From: an uncultured Verrucomicrobiota bacterium
Lineage (GTDB): Bacteria; Verrucomicrobiota; Verrucomicrobiia; Limisphaerales; CAIMTB01
Assembly: GCA_964389135.1 (NCBI GenBank)
Contig: CAYMDA010000003.1
Coordinates: 105,206 to 169,205 of the forward strand
DNA length: 64,000 nt
Direction of reading: 5' to 3'
The position numbers and the translations under genes are program-made. Below the pieces are notes generated by a model. It was given only the letters and a program-made list of their open reading frames with translations, did no database searches and was not told where the DNA came from. This document shows positions 24,534-34,022 of the stretch, piece by piece (position 1 is the stretch's first letter; each line of letters starts with the position of its first letter).

Positions 24534-27503
24534 TCAGAGAGAGGAACGCCGCCCCCGCGACGGCTCAGGGCCCGCAAACGGGAGCTTGTCGGGAATGACC
24601 GTGACGTCCGTCGTGAGTTTCAGCGGCGAGGGAGCGCCAACATTGAAGGTCAGTTCGACCATGTAGGCCGTCCATCCCTTCTCGGGCGCGGGCATCGTGG
24701 CGCGGTAGGTGTCGTCCTCTCCCGGCTCGATCGGGGTGGAAGTCCACGCGGGTCCGATCGTCTCGAGCCGGAAATCGCGCGCGTCGGGAGCCGTCGCTTT
24801 CCACAGGACGGCGGAGGAGGGCTTCCGGTCCGCGCGCACGATGATCTCGCCGGAGGACGGGTGTTCCCATGTCACGCTGGGGATGGGCGTGTCCTGCAAC
24901 AGGGCGTAATACCACGCGAGGAGCGTTTCGATGGCGTCCGACTCACGGAGGGAATGATCCGCGTTGGGCACGTAACGAAGCGCCTTCGGGCCCGGAATGC
25001 TGTCGAAGTAGAACCGCGAGGAGTCGGGCAGGAAGAACTGATCGCCGGTGGCATTGAGGATCAGCTTGGGGATGTCGAGCCGGTCGGCGTAGGCGAAAGG
25101 ATCCTCAATCGCGGCAAGGGAGTCCATCTCGTGGGTGCCCATCCACTCCATGATGCCATGACGCTCATAATCCCCGACGGCGGGCGCCCAGAATCCGTAG
25201 GCGCGATGATGATGGAGCATGGAGTCCTGCATGTTCAGGACGTCGATCACGATCGGACAGATCCCGATGACCCGGCGATCGACCGCGGCGGTGGTCCACG
25301 TGGTCCAGCCGCGCTTGGAGGCGCCCGCGACGACGAACGAGCGGATGTCATGGCCGCCAGCCCGTTCCTCGGCGCAGACCGCCGTGATCGTGTCCATCGC
25401 GCGGACGGCGGCCTTCGTCATGGGAAGGCGCGCGGGCCAGCGCTCCTCGCCGGTCCGCAGGAACTGGTCCCACGTGTAGGCGATCAGATCGTCCTCGAAG
25501 CGTTCGACGCCGTCCCCGTGGAACACGAGGGGCTGATTGGGGACCATGCGAAGCTCGGCGACGACGGACCGCGTCTCGTGGGCGATGCGCGCGAGGTCGC
25601 CGTTCACGCGCGGCCGCTCGGGATCGGTGTTCCGGCCCCCTCCGATGAAGAGCAGAGCCGTCTGGTGCTCCACCTCGTTGGGAATGATCACGATCAAGGA
25701 GTGTTCCCAGACGGTGCGATTGACCTCGTTCGTGGTGAGCCACGACTGGGACCTGAGGTCCACGAGAAGCGCGAGCCCCGCCTCGGCGCGGGCGGAGGCC
25801 ACGATGTCCCACGAGTAAGCGGGATCCGGCTCGTGCACATAGCGGTCGAGGACCGTGAGCGGGGCTTTCGCGGTGGGCGCGCGGGCGGTCGAGGGAGCCT
25901 CCCCGGTCTCCCCCGATGGTTCACTCTCGATTTCCGGGGCCGGTTCGGCGGGCGCGACGGAGGAACCCGCGATCCGGGGCGGCTCGGGGGCGTGCACCAC
26001 GGCCGCCGCGGGAATGCCGTACCGCTGAAGCACGCGTTCCGTCGCGGCCTCCATCTGGGTCGCGTCGAGCAGGATTCGCTGCAGGCTGTCGCCGCGCAGG
26101 AACTCGATGCGATGCACCCCGTTGGAGGGTTCCGCAAGGGCGGCCTGCAGGTCGGAGACCCGGCTGACCTTGCGTCCGTTGACCGTGTCCACGACGAGAT
26201 TTCGCAGTTCCTGGTAGCCGATGTTCACCGGGTCGGGGAGGACCTGGCTGAGGATCACGAGGGCGGGACGTTCCTCGGTGGGGCTCTGCTGCACGAAGTA
26301 CGTGAGCCGGAAGGGGGCCCTGCGGCGCCAGTCATCCCCCCAGCCCCGCAGGTACGGCTGGTGAAGCGGCTGAAAAACGAGGCCGCCCGCGATGACATAC
26401 TCGGGCTCGCGGTCCTGAACGTGCAGGGGCACCAGGTCCATGGAGTAATCGGACCTGGGCAGCACGTAATCCACACGCACCTCCTCGCCTTTTCGAAACA
26501 CGGTGATGGGAATGGTTTCCCCGGCGAAATGGCGTCGCGTGGCGAGAGCCTCGAGCATCAGATGACCGTACTCCGGGTCCTCGTAGTCGCCCTGCACGTC
26601 GATGGGGAATCCGTCGATCTCGAGGAGCAGGTCGAATCGCTGGATGGCGTAGCCCGTGGGCGCGTTCTCGGGCACGTCGATGACGAGCGCACCCCGGGGT
26701 TCGCCCTCGAGGCCGATGAAGTCGAGCGTGGCGGGGTTCTCCGCGGGCTGCCAGACGAAGTCGAAGTAGCCGAGTCCGGCGTACTGGTCCTTGCGCTGGG
26801 CCTCGAGGACCCGGTGGATGAACGACACGGGCATGACCGTGCAGACATTGCCGCCCTTCGCGACGGAGAGCCCGACGATCTGGCCGTCGGCGAGGATCGG
26901 TTCGGCCCACCCGAGTCCGTTGATCTCCGTGTTCAGTTCGAGGCGCATCCGCGGCGCGGCGCTCAGGATGCCTTCCGAAACGGTGAACCGGCTGAACTGG
27001 GCCCGGCGGATCTCGAGGTTGCCGGAGCTCCAGCGGACAATGTCGTACTCCGCGCGGCGCGGGGTGGAGGGCGCCAGGGGCGCCGGCTCGAGGCCGCGCC
27101 AGAACGCCTCATCGTCCACCGTCACGAGCGCGAGGTTGGCGTGATAATCGAGCCATGCCACGGACGCGTTGAACCACCGCCCGCGGCCTCCCCTCTGTGC
27201 CCGGATCAGGGTGAGATCCGCGAGGTTCTGCGCCGTGGTGAGGAGCTGCCGGTCCGGCAGCACGAGGGCGTGCTTGCGAACGGCGCGCGTCGGCTTGTTC
27301 CATGGCTGAAAGTAGTTGTAGTCCTTGAAGGTGGCTTCCAGCGTGACAATGGACGCCTCGAGCGGATGGCGGACGAAGCGTTCCGCCGCATGAGCGGGCG
27401 TCACGAGCGGCGACAGCGCGAACAGCGCCAGGAGGAGTGGAAGGGGTTTCACGTGTTGGCGAGGGCTTGGCCGGCGGGTCGGGTGCTGGTTCGACGGGAT
27501 CAC
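24534..27503 (-). CDS. fusion protein: catalytically inactive Deg/HtrA-like protease-PDZ region + PhoPQ-activated pathogenicity-related (PqaA-type) alpha/beta hydrolase domain
   Basis: Signal peptide LPLLLALFALSPLVTPAHA. aa 50-500 are colinear with the neighbouring protease (27532..29031), but the His/Asp/Ser positions read Q/N/W. An Ala/Pro/Glu linker follows. aa 555-989 contain PqaA-family stretches (YSWDIV...LVDLRSQSWLT, LLFIGGGRN, VVAGASKRGWTTW, LNATGDQFF). Apparent GTG start. Confidence 0.75.
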   Translation of the reverse strand: MIPSNQHPTRRPSPRQHVKPLPLLLALFALSPLVTPAHAAERFVRHPLEASIVTLEATFKDYNYFQPWNKPTRAVRKHALVLPDRQLLTTAQNLADLTLIRAQRGGRGRWFNASVAWLDYHANLALVTVDDEAFWRGLEPAPLAPSTPRRAEYDIVRWSSGNLEIRRAQFSRFTVSEGILSAAPRMRLELNTEINGLGWAEPILADGQIVGLSVAKGGNVCTVMPVSFIHRVLEAQRKDQYAGLGYFDFVWQPAENPATLDFIGLEGEPRGALVIDVPENAPTGYAIQRFDLLLEIDGFPIDVQGDYEDPEYGHLMLEALATRRHFAGETIPITVFRKGEEVRVDYVLPRSDYSMDLVPLHVQDREPEYVIAGGLVFQPLHQPYLRGWGDDWRRRAPFRLTYFVQQSPTEERPALVILSQVLPDPVNIGYQELRNLVVDTVNGRKVSRVSDLQAALAEPSNGVHRIEFLRGDSLQRILLDATQMEAATERVLQRYGIPAAAVVHAPEPPRIAGSSVAPAEPAPEIESEPSGETGEAPSTARAPTAKAPLTVLDRYVHEPDPAYSWDIVASARAEAGLALLVDLRSQSWLTTNEVNRTVWEHSLIVIIPNEVEHQTALLFIGGGRNTDPERPRVNGDLARIAHETRSVVAELRMVPNQPLVFHGDGVERFEDDLIAYTWDQFLRTGEERWPARLPMTKAAVRAMDTITAVCAEERAGGHDIRSFVVAGASKRGWTTWTTAAVDRRVIGICPIVIDVLNMQDSMLHHHRAYGFWAPAVGDYERHGIMEWMGTHEMDSLAAIEDPFAYADRLDIPKLILNATGDQFFLPDSSRFYFDSIPGPKALRYVPNADHSLRESDAIETLLAWYYALLQDTPIPSVTWEHPSSGEIIVRADRKPSSAVLWKATAPDARDFRLETIGPAWTSTPIEPGEDDTYRATMPAPEKGWTAYMVELTFNVGAPSPLKLTTDVTVIPDKLPFAGPEPSRGRRSSL

Positions 27504-27531
27504 GCTTCAGGTGACGGAGGCCTCCGGTGGA

Positions 27532-29031
27532 TCACAGGCGGCGGTCACTCGGGATGCCGTACGTCTGGAAAATCTCGGGATTCGCGGCGATCGCGGCCTC
27601 GCGATCGAGGCACTCGACTCCCTGCCGTCCCGCGAACTCGATCAGGTGCTGGTCCTTGTCCGTTTCCTCGAATGCGCGCACGAGGTCCTCGAGCCGCTCG
27701 ATCCGGATGCCGTTGACCTTGTCCACGAGCACCCGTCCCCGCACAGCCATGTTCGCGTTGGCGGGATGCGCGAGGATTCCGGCGAGGACGATCGGTTCGG
27801 GGCGGACCGTCTCGGGCTTCTCATGACGGCGGTAGAAGAGTTCATAGACCAGGTCGGCCGACGCGCCGCTGCCGAGCTCGCGGCCGAACGTGCGGAGGTA
27901 ATCCTGGCTGAGCGGCGTGAAGATCAGTCCCCCGTGCACGTAGTAGCGCGGCGGCACGTCGTACTGGTTCCCCGCGGCGCGATCCCCGGTGTACACGAAC
28001 ACGGGAAGCTCGACCTCGATCTCCTTCCGTTCCCGAAGAACCTTGAGGGGAACGTTCTCGCCGTGCTGCGCCTGCTGGAAGGCGAAGGCCGCGGCGACCC
28101 GGTTGCCGCGATAGAGGATCGTGCCGTCGCTCGCGACGGGGAATCCCGCCGCCTCCAGCAGGACGTCGTCCGGCTGCAGGATCTCCCGGGTCGTCTCCAC
28201 GTCGATGAAGCCATCGATCCGCGCGCCGAGGTCACCCTCCGGCGGCAGGCCGAGATACCGGCGGTAGGCGGGATTCTGCAGCTCGACGAGCCGGATGCCC
28301 GCCAGCGGGAACCCATGGTACTCCCCGTCCTCCACGTCCTCCAGGAAGTGGCGGATCACCTCGGGCGGGATGAAGAAACCCGCGTTCTCGAGCCCGGGCA
28401 CTCCCTGGAACGCCACGCCGACCACCTTCTCGCCGTCGAGGACCGGGCCGCCGCTGTTGCCCGGGTTGATGGCCGCATCGGTCTGCACGGCGAGCAGCGC
28501 GCGGTTCCCGATGTGCACGTACTTCTGCATCTCGATGCGCGAGACGACCCCGCGCGTATACGAGATCTGTTCGCCGCCGACGGGATAGCCGCAGGTCACC
28601 ACCGCGGATCGGACCTCGGGCAGGTCACCGATCTCGAGGGGTTCGAGCCCTTCGAAGAAAGCGGTGTTCTCGACCCGCAGGAGGGCGAGGTCGCAGTCGT
28701 GCCCGATGAACTCGACCTCGGCCTGGTAGGGGCGGGGATCCTGGAAACGCCGCACGAGCACCTGGCGGCTCCAGGAAACCACGTGGGCGTTCGACATGAT
28801 GCGCAGACCGTTGCCGGTGCGGATGACGAAGCCTGAACCGCCTTCGCGCCGGATCCCCTGCCAGCGCCATGGCGCCTCCCAGTCGGGCGTCTGGCTGGCG
28901 TTGAAGATCTGGATGGTGGATCGCTCCGGGGCCGCGGGCCACGCGGAGGCGGCGGAGAGCAGCAGCGCCGTCAGGCCGGATAGGAGACGTGACACGCTCG
29001 GCAAAATGGTGGGCGCGCCGGGGTGGGTCAA
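27532..29031 (-). CDS. S1C (Deg/HtrA-like) serine protease with PDZ-like C-terminal region
   Basis: Signal-like N-terminus. Triad contexts MSNAHVV (His), HDCDLALLRV (Asp), INPGNSGGPVL (Ser). Overall architecture resembles Deg-type proteases. Confidence 0.8.
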   Translation of the reverse strand: MTHPGAPTILPSVSRLLSGLTALLLSAASAWPAAPERSTIQIFNASQTPDWEAPWRWQGIRREGGSGFVIRTGNGLRIMSNAHVVSWSRQVLVRRFQDPRPYQAEVEFIGHDCDLALLRVENTAFFEGLEPLEIGDLPEVRSAVVTCGYPVGGEQISYTRGVVSRIEMQKYVHIGNRALLAVQTDAAINPGNSGGPVLDGEKVVGVAFQGVPGLENAGFFIPPEVIRHFLEDVEDGEYHGFPLAGIRLVELQNPAYRRYLGLPPEGDLGARIDGFIDVETTREILQPDDVLLEAAGFPVASDGTILYRGNRVAAAFAFQQAQHGENVPLKVLRERKEIEVELPVFVYTGDRAAGNQYDVPPRYYVHGGLIFTPLSQDYLRTFGRELGSGASADLVYELFYRRHEKPETVRPEPIVLAGILAHPANANMAVRGRVLVDKVNGIRIERLEDLVRAFEETDKDQHLIEFAGRQGVECLDREAAIAANPEIFQTYGIPSDRRL

Positions 29032-29082
29032 GCGCGGCGGGCGCCTCGGCGACCGTGCACGCGGGGCGAGACATCCCCCGCG

Positions 29083-31134
29083 TCAACGGCTTCGCGCGAG
29101 GCGACGCCCCCTGCCCCGGCCGCGCTCCCGGCGCGCGGGCTGGGGACCGGACGGCGCGCGGCCGCCTTCGCCCGTGCCGGTGCGAAGCTCGTTCAGCTGG
29201 TCGCGAAGGAGCGCCGCCTTCTCGAACTCGAGGTTGGCGGCCGCCTGAAGCATTTCGGCCTCGATCTCGCGGATCGTTTCCGTGAGGTCGAAGTTGCCCC
29301 CGGCATCGCGGATCACCTGGACCGCCCTCGAGTTCTCGGTCTGCCCGGGGGCGAGGCCGTCCTCGATGGGGCGGCTCACGCTCCTCGGCGTGATGTTGTG
29401 CTCCCGGTTGTATGCGAGCTGGCGTTCCCGGCGGTACTGGGAGATGGCAAGGAACCGCTTGATGCTGTCGGTCATCACGTCCGCGAAGAGGATGACCTTG
29501 CCGTTCAGATGGCGGGCGGCGCGTCCCGCCGTCTGGATGAGGCTCGTGGTCGAGCGCAGGTATCCTTCCTTGTCGGCGTCGAGGATCGCGACGAGCGAGA
29601 CCTCCGGAAGATCGAGCCCCTCGCGGAGGAGATTGATTCCGACGAGGACATCGAAGTCGCCCTTGCGCAGGGCGCGCAGGATCTCGACGCGCTCGATGGC
29701 GTCGATCTCGCTGTGGAGGTAGCGGACGTTGACGCCGATGTCGCGAAGGTAATCGGTGAGTTCCTCCGCGGTGCGCTTCGTGAGCGTGGTGACCAGCACC
29801 CGCTCCTTCCGTTCCACGCGCGAGCGGGCCTCCTCGATGAGCACGTCGATCTGTCCCCGGAGCGGCTTCACGATGATCTCCGGATCGACAAGGCCGGTGG
29901 GACGGACGATCTGCTCGACCACGCGGCCGCCCGCCCACCGCAGCTCGGACTCCCCCGGGGTCGCGCTGACGTAGATCGTCTGCGGCTGCAGGCTCTGGAA
30001 CTCCTCGAACGACTGCGGCCGGTTGTCGAGCGCGCTGGGCAGCCGGAACCCGTGCTCGACGAGCACCTTCTTCCGCGCCATGTCGCCCGCGTACATGCCG
30101 CCGATCTGCGGCACGGTGGCGTGCGACTCATCGATCACCATCAGGAAGTCCGGCGGGAAGAAATCGATGATGCAGGAAGGGCGGGAGCCGGGGGGCCGGC
30201 CCGCGATGTGCCGGGAGTAGTTCTCGATCCCCGAGCAGAACCCGAGTTCCTCCAGCTGCTCGAGATCGTACTCCGTGCGCATCTTGATGCGCTGGGCCTC
30301 GAGCAGCTTCCCATGCCTCTCGAACCACGCGACGCGCTCGCTCAGCTCCTCGCGAATGGCGACGATCGCGCGCTTCATCTTCTCCTGCGGGGTGACGAAC
30401 TGCTTCCCCGGGAAGATCGTGACGGCGTCCACGTTCTCCAGCACGTGGCCGGTGAGCGGGTCGAAACGCGTGATGCGCTCGATCTCGTCTCCGAAGAACT
30501 CGATCCGGAGTCCCTCCTCGAGGGCGGCGGGGCGCACCTCGACGGTGTCGCCGCGGACCCGGAACTCACCGCGCTCGAAGGAGATGTCGTTGCGATTGTA
30601 CTGCAGGTCCACGAGCCGGCTGAGCAGGGTCTGCCGGCCGATCTCCATGCCGACGCGAATCGGCAGGAGCATGGCCTCGTAATCCTCGCGGCTGCCGATG
30701 CCGTAGATGCATGACACGCTCGCCACGACGATCACGTCGCGGCGGGACAACAGTGAACTCATGGTCGAGAGGCGGAGCCGCTCGATGTTCTCGTTCACGC
30801 TGGAATCCTTCTCGATGAAGGTGTCGGTCCGCGGGATGTAGGCCTCGGGCTGGTAGTAATCGAAGTAACTGACGAAGTACTCGACGGCGTTCCGCGGGAA
30901 GAACGCCTTGAACTCGGCGTAGAGCTGCGCCGCGAGCGTCTTGTTGTGCGAGATGACGAGCGTCGGACGCTGCGCGTGCTGGATGACGTTGGCGATCGTG
31001 AAGGTCTTGCCCGAGCCGGTGACCCCGAGGAGGACCTGATGGCGCAGGCCCTCGTCCAGGCCCGCGCACAGCGCCCGGATGGCGGCCGGCTGATCGCCGG
31101 CCGGCCCGTAGGGGGCGGTGAGCTCGAACTTCAC
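29083..31134 (-). CDS. uvrB: excinuclease ABC subunit B
   Basis: GVTGSGKTFTIANVI Walker A, helicase motifs (VIDESH, LVTTLTKR), and a C-terminal UVR domain (FEKAALLRDQLNELR). Confidence 0.95.
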   Translation of the reverse strand: MKFELTAPYGPAGDQPAAIRALCAGLDEGLRHQVLLGVTGSGKTFTIANVIQHAQRPTLVISHNKTLAAQLYAEFKAFFPRNAVEYFVSYFDYYQPEAYIPRTDTFIEKDSSVNENIERLRLSTMSSLLSRRDVIVVASVSCIYGIGSREDYEAMLLPIRVGMEIGRQTLLSRLVDLQYNRNDISFERGEFRVRGDTVEVRPAALEEGLRIEFFGDEIERITRFDPLTGHVLENVDAVTIFPGKQFVTPQEKMKRAIVAIREELSERVAWFERHGKLLEAQRIKMRTEYDLEQLEELGFCSGIENYSRHIAGRPPGSRPSCIIDFFPPDFLMVIDESHATVPQIGGMYAGDMARKKVLVEHGFRLPSALDNRPQSFEEFQSLQPQTIYVSATPGESELRWAGGRVVEQIVRPTGLVDPEIIVKPLRGQIDVLIEEARSRVERKERVLVTTLTKRTAEELTDYLRDIGVNVRYLHSEIDAIERVEILRALRKGDFDVLVGINLLREGLDLPEVSLVAILDADKEGYLRSTTSLIQTAGRAARHLNGKVILFADVMTDSIKRFLAISQYRRERQLAYNREHNITPRSVSRPIEDGLAPGQTENSRAVQVIRDAGGNFDLTETIREIEAEMLQAAANLEFEKAALLRDQLNELRTGTGEGGRAPSGPQPARRERGRGRGRRLARSR

Positions 31135-31154
31135 GAATCGCGGGGCGGGACCGG

Positions 31155-32900
31155 CTAGTCCTTCTCCACGCCGCTGTTCCAGTAGTCGTACATCTCCTCC
31201 GCCGTCGGGATCTTCAGCGGACGGACGATGCGGAACCCGAGGAACTGGGCGTCGGTGTGGTACCAGATGCTCTTCGGGAGCTGGGGATCCTGGATCTTCC
31301 AGTCGCGCGAGGAGGCGCGCCGCGCCGCGCTGCGCAGCCGGGCGGGATCGTCATCCTCCCAGGAACCCCCGCGCACGGCGTGCGGGTAGGGCTTGGTGGC
31401 GCGATTCCACGGGTCCACGAGCACCTGGCCGGCATGTTTGCGGTACCAGTCCGGATCGTACTGGTCGAGGACCCATTCCCAGACGTTGCCGTGCATGTCG
31501 TGGAGGCCCCACGGGTTGGGCTTCTTCTTGCCCACCTGCTGGTATTTCCAGTCGCTGTTCTTGCCCCACCATGCGTACTCGTCGAGCAGCGCCGGGTCAT
31601 CCCCGAACGAATAGGCCGTCGTCGTGCCGGCGCGGCAGGCGTACTCCCACTCCGCCTCCGTCGGCAGACGGTAGAAGTGCCCCGTGCGCGCGCTGAGCCA
31701 CTGGCAGTACTTGTTCGCCGCGTGCTGGGTCATCGAGATCGCCGGGTATCCGTCCTTGCCCATCCCGAAGCTCATTTCCACGTAGGGCTTCGTCGGCCGG
31801 GTGACCGCGTCCGCGAACTCGTTCACGTACTCCGCGGACGGGTTGCGCTTCCGCATCTCGAGCTCGATCTCGGGGCGCATGAAGATCTCGTACTCGTTCC
31901 ACGTCACCTCGTGCACCCCCATCCAGAAGGGCGAGAGGCGAACCTGCACCTGCGGCTGCTCGTCCGGGCGGGCATCGGTCGATTCCGGATGGCTTCCCAT
32001 GGCGAACTGCCCGGGCGGAATCGGGACCATGCGGAAGGAGACGTCCGTTCCGGGGATCGTCTGCTCGTACGGGCGCATCTGGGTGACGTTGCGCTCGCGG
32101 GTGGATTTGACGATGAACTCGTGGATCGCGGCGACGATCGCGCGCTCGTCACCCCGGGGCGTCTCCTCGGCCTTGCGCGGCACAAGGGTGACGTTGTCCG
32201 GCCATGGCGCGCCCTGTTCGATCCAGCGGCGGAGGACGTCCGTGACCTCCTTCGGCAGCGGACCGCCGCGGTCCGAGGGGGGCATCAGGTCGATGTCGTC
32301 CGCCGGCAGGACGGTCGAGGTGTAGGACCGGCTCTTCTCCGGGAAGAACGGCACGATCGTCGGTCCGTAATACTCACCCGACGTGAAGGCATGCTGCTTG
32401 TTGTCGAGCCGCAGCCTGCCCTTGGCGTCGCCCTCGTGGTGACACGAGACACAGTGCATCTCGAGGATGGGCTGGACGTCCTCGACGAAATCGACCCGTT
32501 CCACCGCCGTGAGCGTGATGCCCTCGGGCCAGTTCGCGCCCTCGGCGATCCACTGCCGCACGACCTCGGCCAGCTCCCGCGGCAGCGGGCCACCCTGGTT
32601 CGACGGCGGCATCACGTCCGCGTGATCCGCCGGCAGGATCATCAGGGTGTAGATGGGGCTCTTCGAAGGATCGCCCGGAACCATGCCCTCGCCATAGTCG
32701 CCTCCCTCGATCGTCTTCTCGCGCGTCGTCATGCGGAACCCGCCCTTGGGCCGGGTCTCGCCATGGCAACTCAGGCAGTTCGCCTCGAAGAGCGGTTTGA
32801 TCTGGCGTTCGAAATCGATCGGGTCCGCCGCGCCGGCAGCCATTGAAGCCAGCCAGAGCGCACCGGCGATTCCCATCGGGGCACGGACAAGATTGAACAT
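31155..32900 (-). CDS. formylglycine-generating-enzyme (SUMF1/FGE) family protein with two N-terminal PSCyt1-type cytochrome c modules
   Basis: Signal peptide, then FEANCLSCHGETRPKGGFRM and LEMHCVSCHHEGDAKGRLRL (CxxCH + KGGxRL, Planctomycete cytochrome C pattern). FGE-sulfatase domain follows (FWMGVHEVTWNEY, YRLPTEAEWEYACRAG, GLHDMHGNVWEWV, RGGSW). Confidence 0.8.
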   Translation of the reverse strand: MFNLVRAPMGIAGALWLASMAAGAADPIDFERQIKPLFEANCLSCHGETRPKGGFRMTTREKTIEGGDYGEGMVPGDPSKSPIYTLMILPADHADVMPPSNQGGPLPRELAEVVRQWIAEGANWPEGITLTAVERVDFVEDVQPILEMHCVSCHHEGDAKGRLRLDNKQHAFTSGEYYGPTIVPFFPEKSRSYTSTVLPADDIDLMPPSDRGGPLPKEVTDVLRRWIEQGAPWPDNVTLVPRKAEETPRGDERAIVAAIHEFIVKSTRERNVTQMRPYEQTIPGTDVSFRMVPIPPGQFAMGSHPESTDARPDEQPQVQVRLSPFWMGVHEVTWNEYEIFMRPEIELEMRKRNPSAEYVNEFADAVTRPTKPYVEMSFGMGKDGYPAISMTQHAANKYCQWLSARTGHFYRLPTEAEWEYACRAGTTTAYSFGDDPALLDEYAWWGKNSDWKYQQVGKKKPNPWGLHDMHGNVWEWVLDQYDPDWYRKHAGQVLVDPWNRATKPYPHAVRGGSWEDDDPARLRSAARRASSRDWKIQDPQLPKSIWYHTDAQFLGFRIVRPLKIPTAEEMYDYWNSGVEKD

Positions 32901-33046
32901 AGGTCTCGGTCTTGGACGAACGGACAGCGCAAAGCTTCAGCCAGAACGGCAGGCGGGTCAACGCGCCGCGAAGGGATCCGCCGCCCCGGGCAGGCCGTTC
33001 CCCTGCCCCCTGGGGCGCCGGGCCCTCCCCCATCCGCCCCGCCGCC

Positions 33047-33967
33047 TCAGGCGCGCGGGTGGAAGCGCCGGTGCACCTCCCGAAGACGACCCGCCGCCAC
33101 GTGCGTGTACACCTCCGTCGTGCGAATGCTCGAATGCCCGAGCAGCTCCTGGATGACCCGCAGGTCGGCGCCGTGCTCGAGCAGGTGCGTCGCGAAACTG
33201 TGGCGGAGCATGTGCGGCGTGACCGGGACCATCACCCCGGACGCCCTCGCGCGCCGTCGGATGCGCGACCAGAGGGTCGTGTGCGAGAAGGCCGTCCCGC
33301 GGCACGTGAGGAACACGTTGGACGGCGAGCCGGGGCGGGCGAGCTTCGGCCTGGCGGCCTCGAGGTAACGGGCGACGGCCGCCGCGGCGCGCGCGCCGAT
33401 GGGCACGACGCGCTCCTTGTTCCCCTTCCCGATGACGTTGATGTATCCGGCGTCGAGGTGCAGCTGCTCCAACCGGAGTCCGCGCAGTTCGGCCAGGCGC
33501 AGCCCCGAGGCGTACGCGACCTCGAGCACGGCGATGTCGCACAGGTCCGGGGGTTCAGGCCGCTCCGGTGGCGTGAGCAGCCGTTCGATGTCCGATTCGC
33601 TCAGCGCCCTCGGCACGCGCTGCCAGCGTTTCGGGAGCGACAGCGTCTCGGCGACATCCTCCTTCAGATGTCCTTCCGTCACGGCAAAACGGAAGAAGGC
33701 GCGCAGTGCCGCGACCTGAAGGTACAGGCTTTCGAGGCTCAGGCGTTTGCCGGAGTCTTCCTGCGCGTTGCGCGGGCGGCGTGTGCGTTCGCACTGCAGG
33801 AACGCGGTGAGATCCTCGAATCGGACGGCCGTCCATGAGTCGATGCCGCGGCCGCGGGCCCACTCGACGAACCTCCGCAGCAGCGAGGCGTACGTCTTCT
33901 GGGTCTGGAGCGCCTGTCCCTTCTCGTGCCGGATGTAAACGAGGAAGTCCTCGAGCAGGTGTTCCAT
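33047..33967 (-). CDS. site-specific tyrosine recombinase, XerC/XerD family
   Basis: N-terminal SAM-like domain (FLVYIRHEKGQALQTQKTY). Catalytic residues in ASGLRLAEL (Arg), HMLRHSFATHLL (HxxR), LGHSSIRTTEVYTHV (His/Tyr). Start set at the internal ATG (MEHLLE). Confidence 0.85.
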   Translation of the reverse strand: MEHLLEDFLVYIRHEKGQALQTQKTYASLLRRFVEWARGRGIDSWTAVRFEDLTAFLQCERTRRPRNAQEDSGKRLSLESLYLQVAALRAFFRFAVTEGHLKEDVAETLSLPKRWQRVPRALSESDIERLLTPPERPEPPDLCDIAVLEVAYASGLRLAELRGLRLEQLHLDAGYINVIGKGNKERVVPIGARAAAAVARYLEAARPKLARPGSPSNVFLTCRGTAFSHTTLWSRIRRRARASGVMVPVTPHMLRHSFATHLLEHGADLRVIQELLGHSSIRTTEVYTHVAAGRLREVHRRFHPRA

Positions 33968-34022
33968 GCCTCGTCGGGGATTTGGCGAACGGCGAGCCGG
34001 GCGCGCCATGCGTCGGCGCGCG

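Noticed and set aside
33047-33967. Tyrosine recombinase as a possible marker of an integrated mobile element
   Set aside because: The sequence looks like housekeeping XerC/XerD. It is flanked by purC and an FGE-family gene. No tRNA, direct repeats, phage or transposon genes, or compositional break are nearby.
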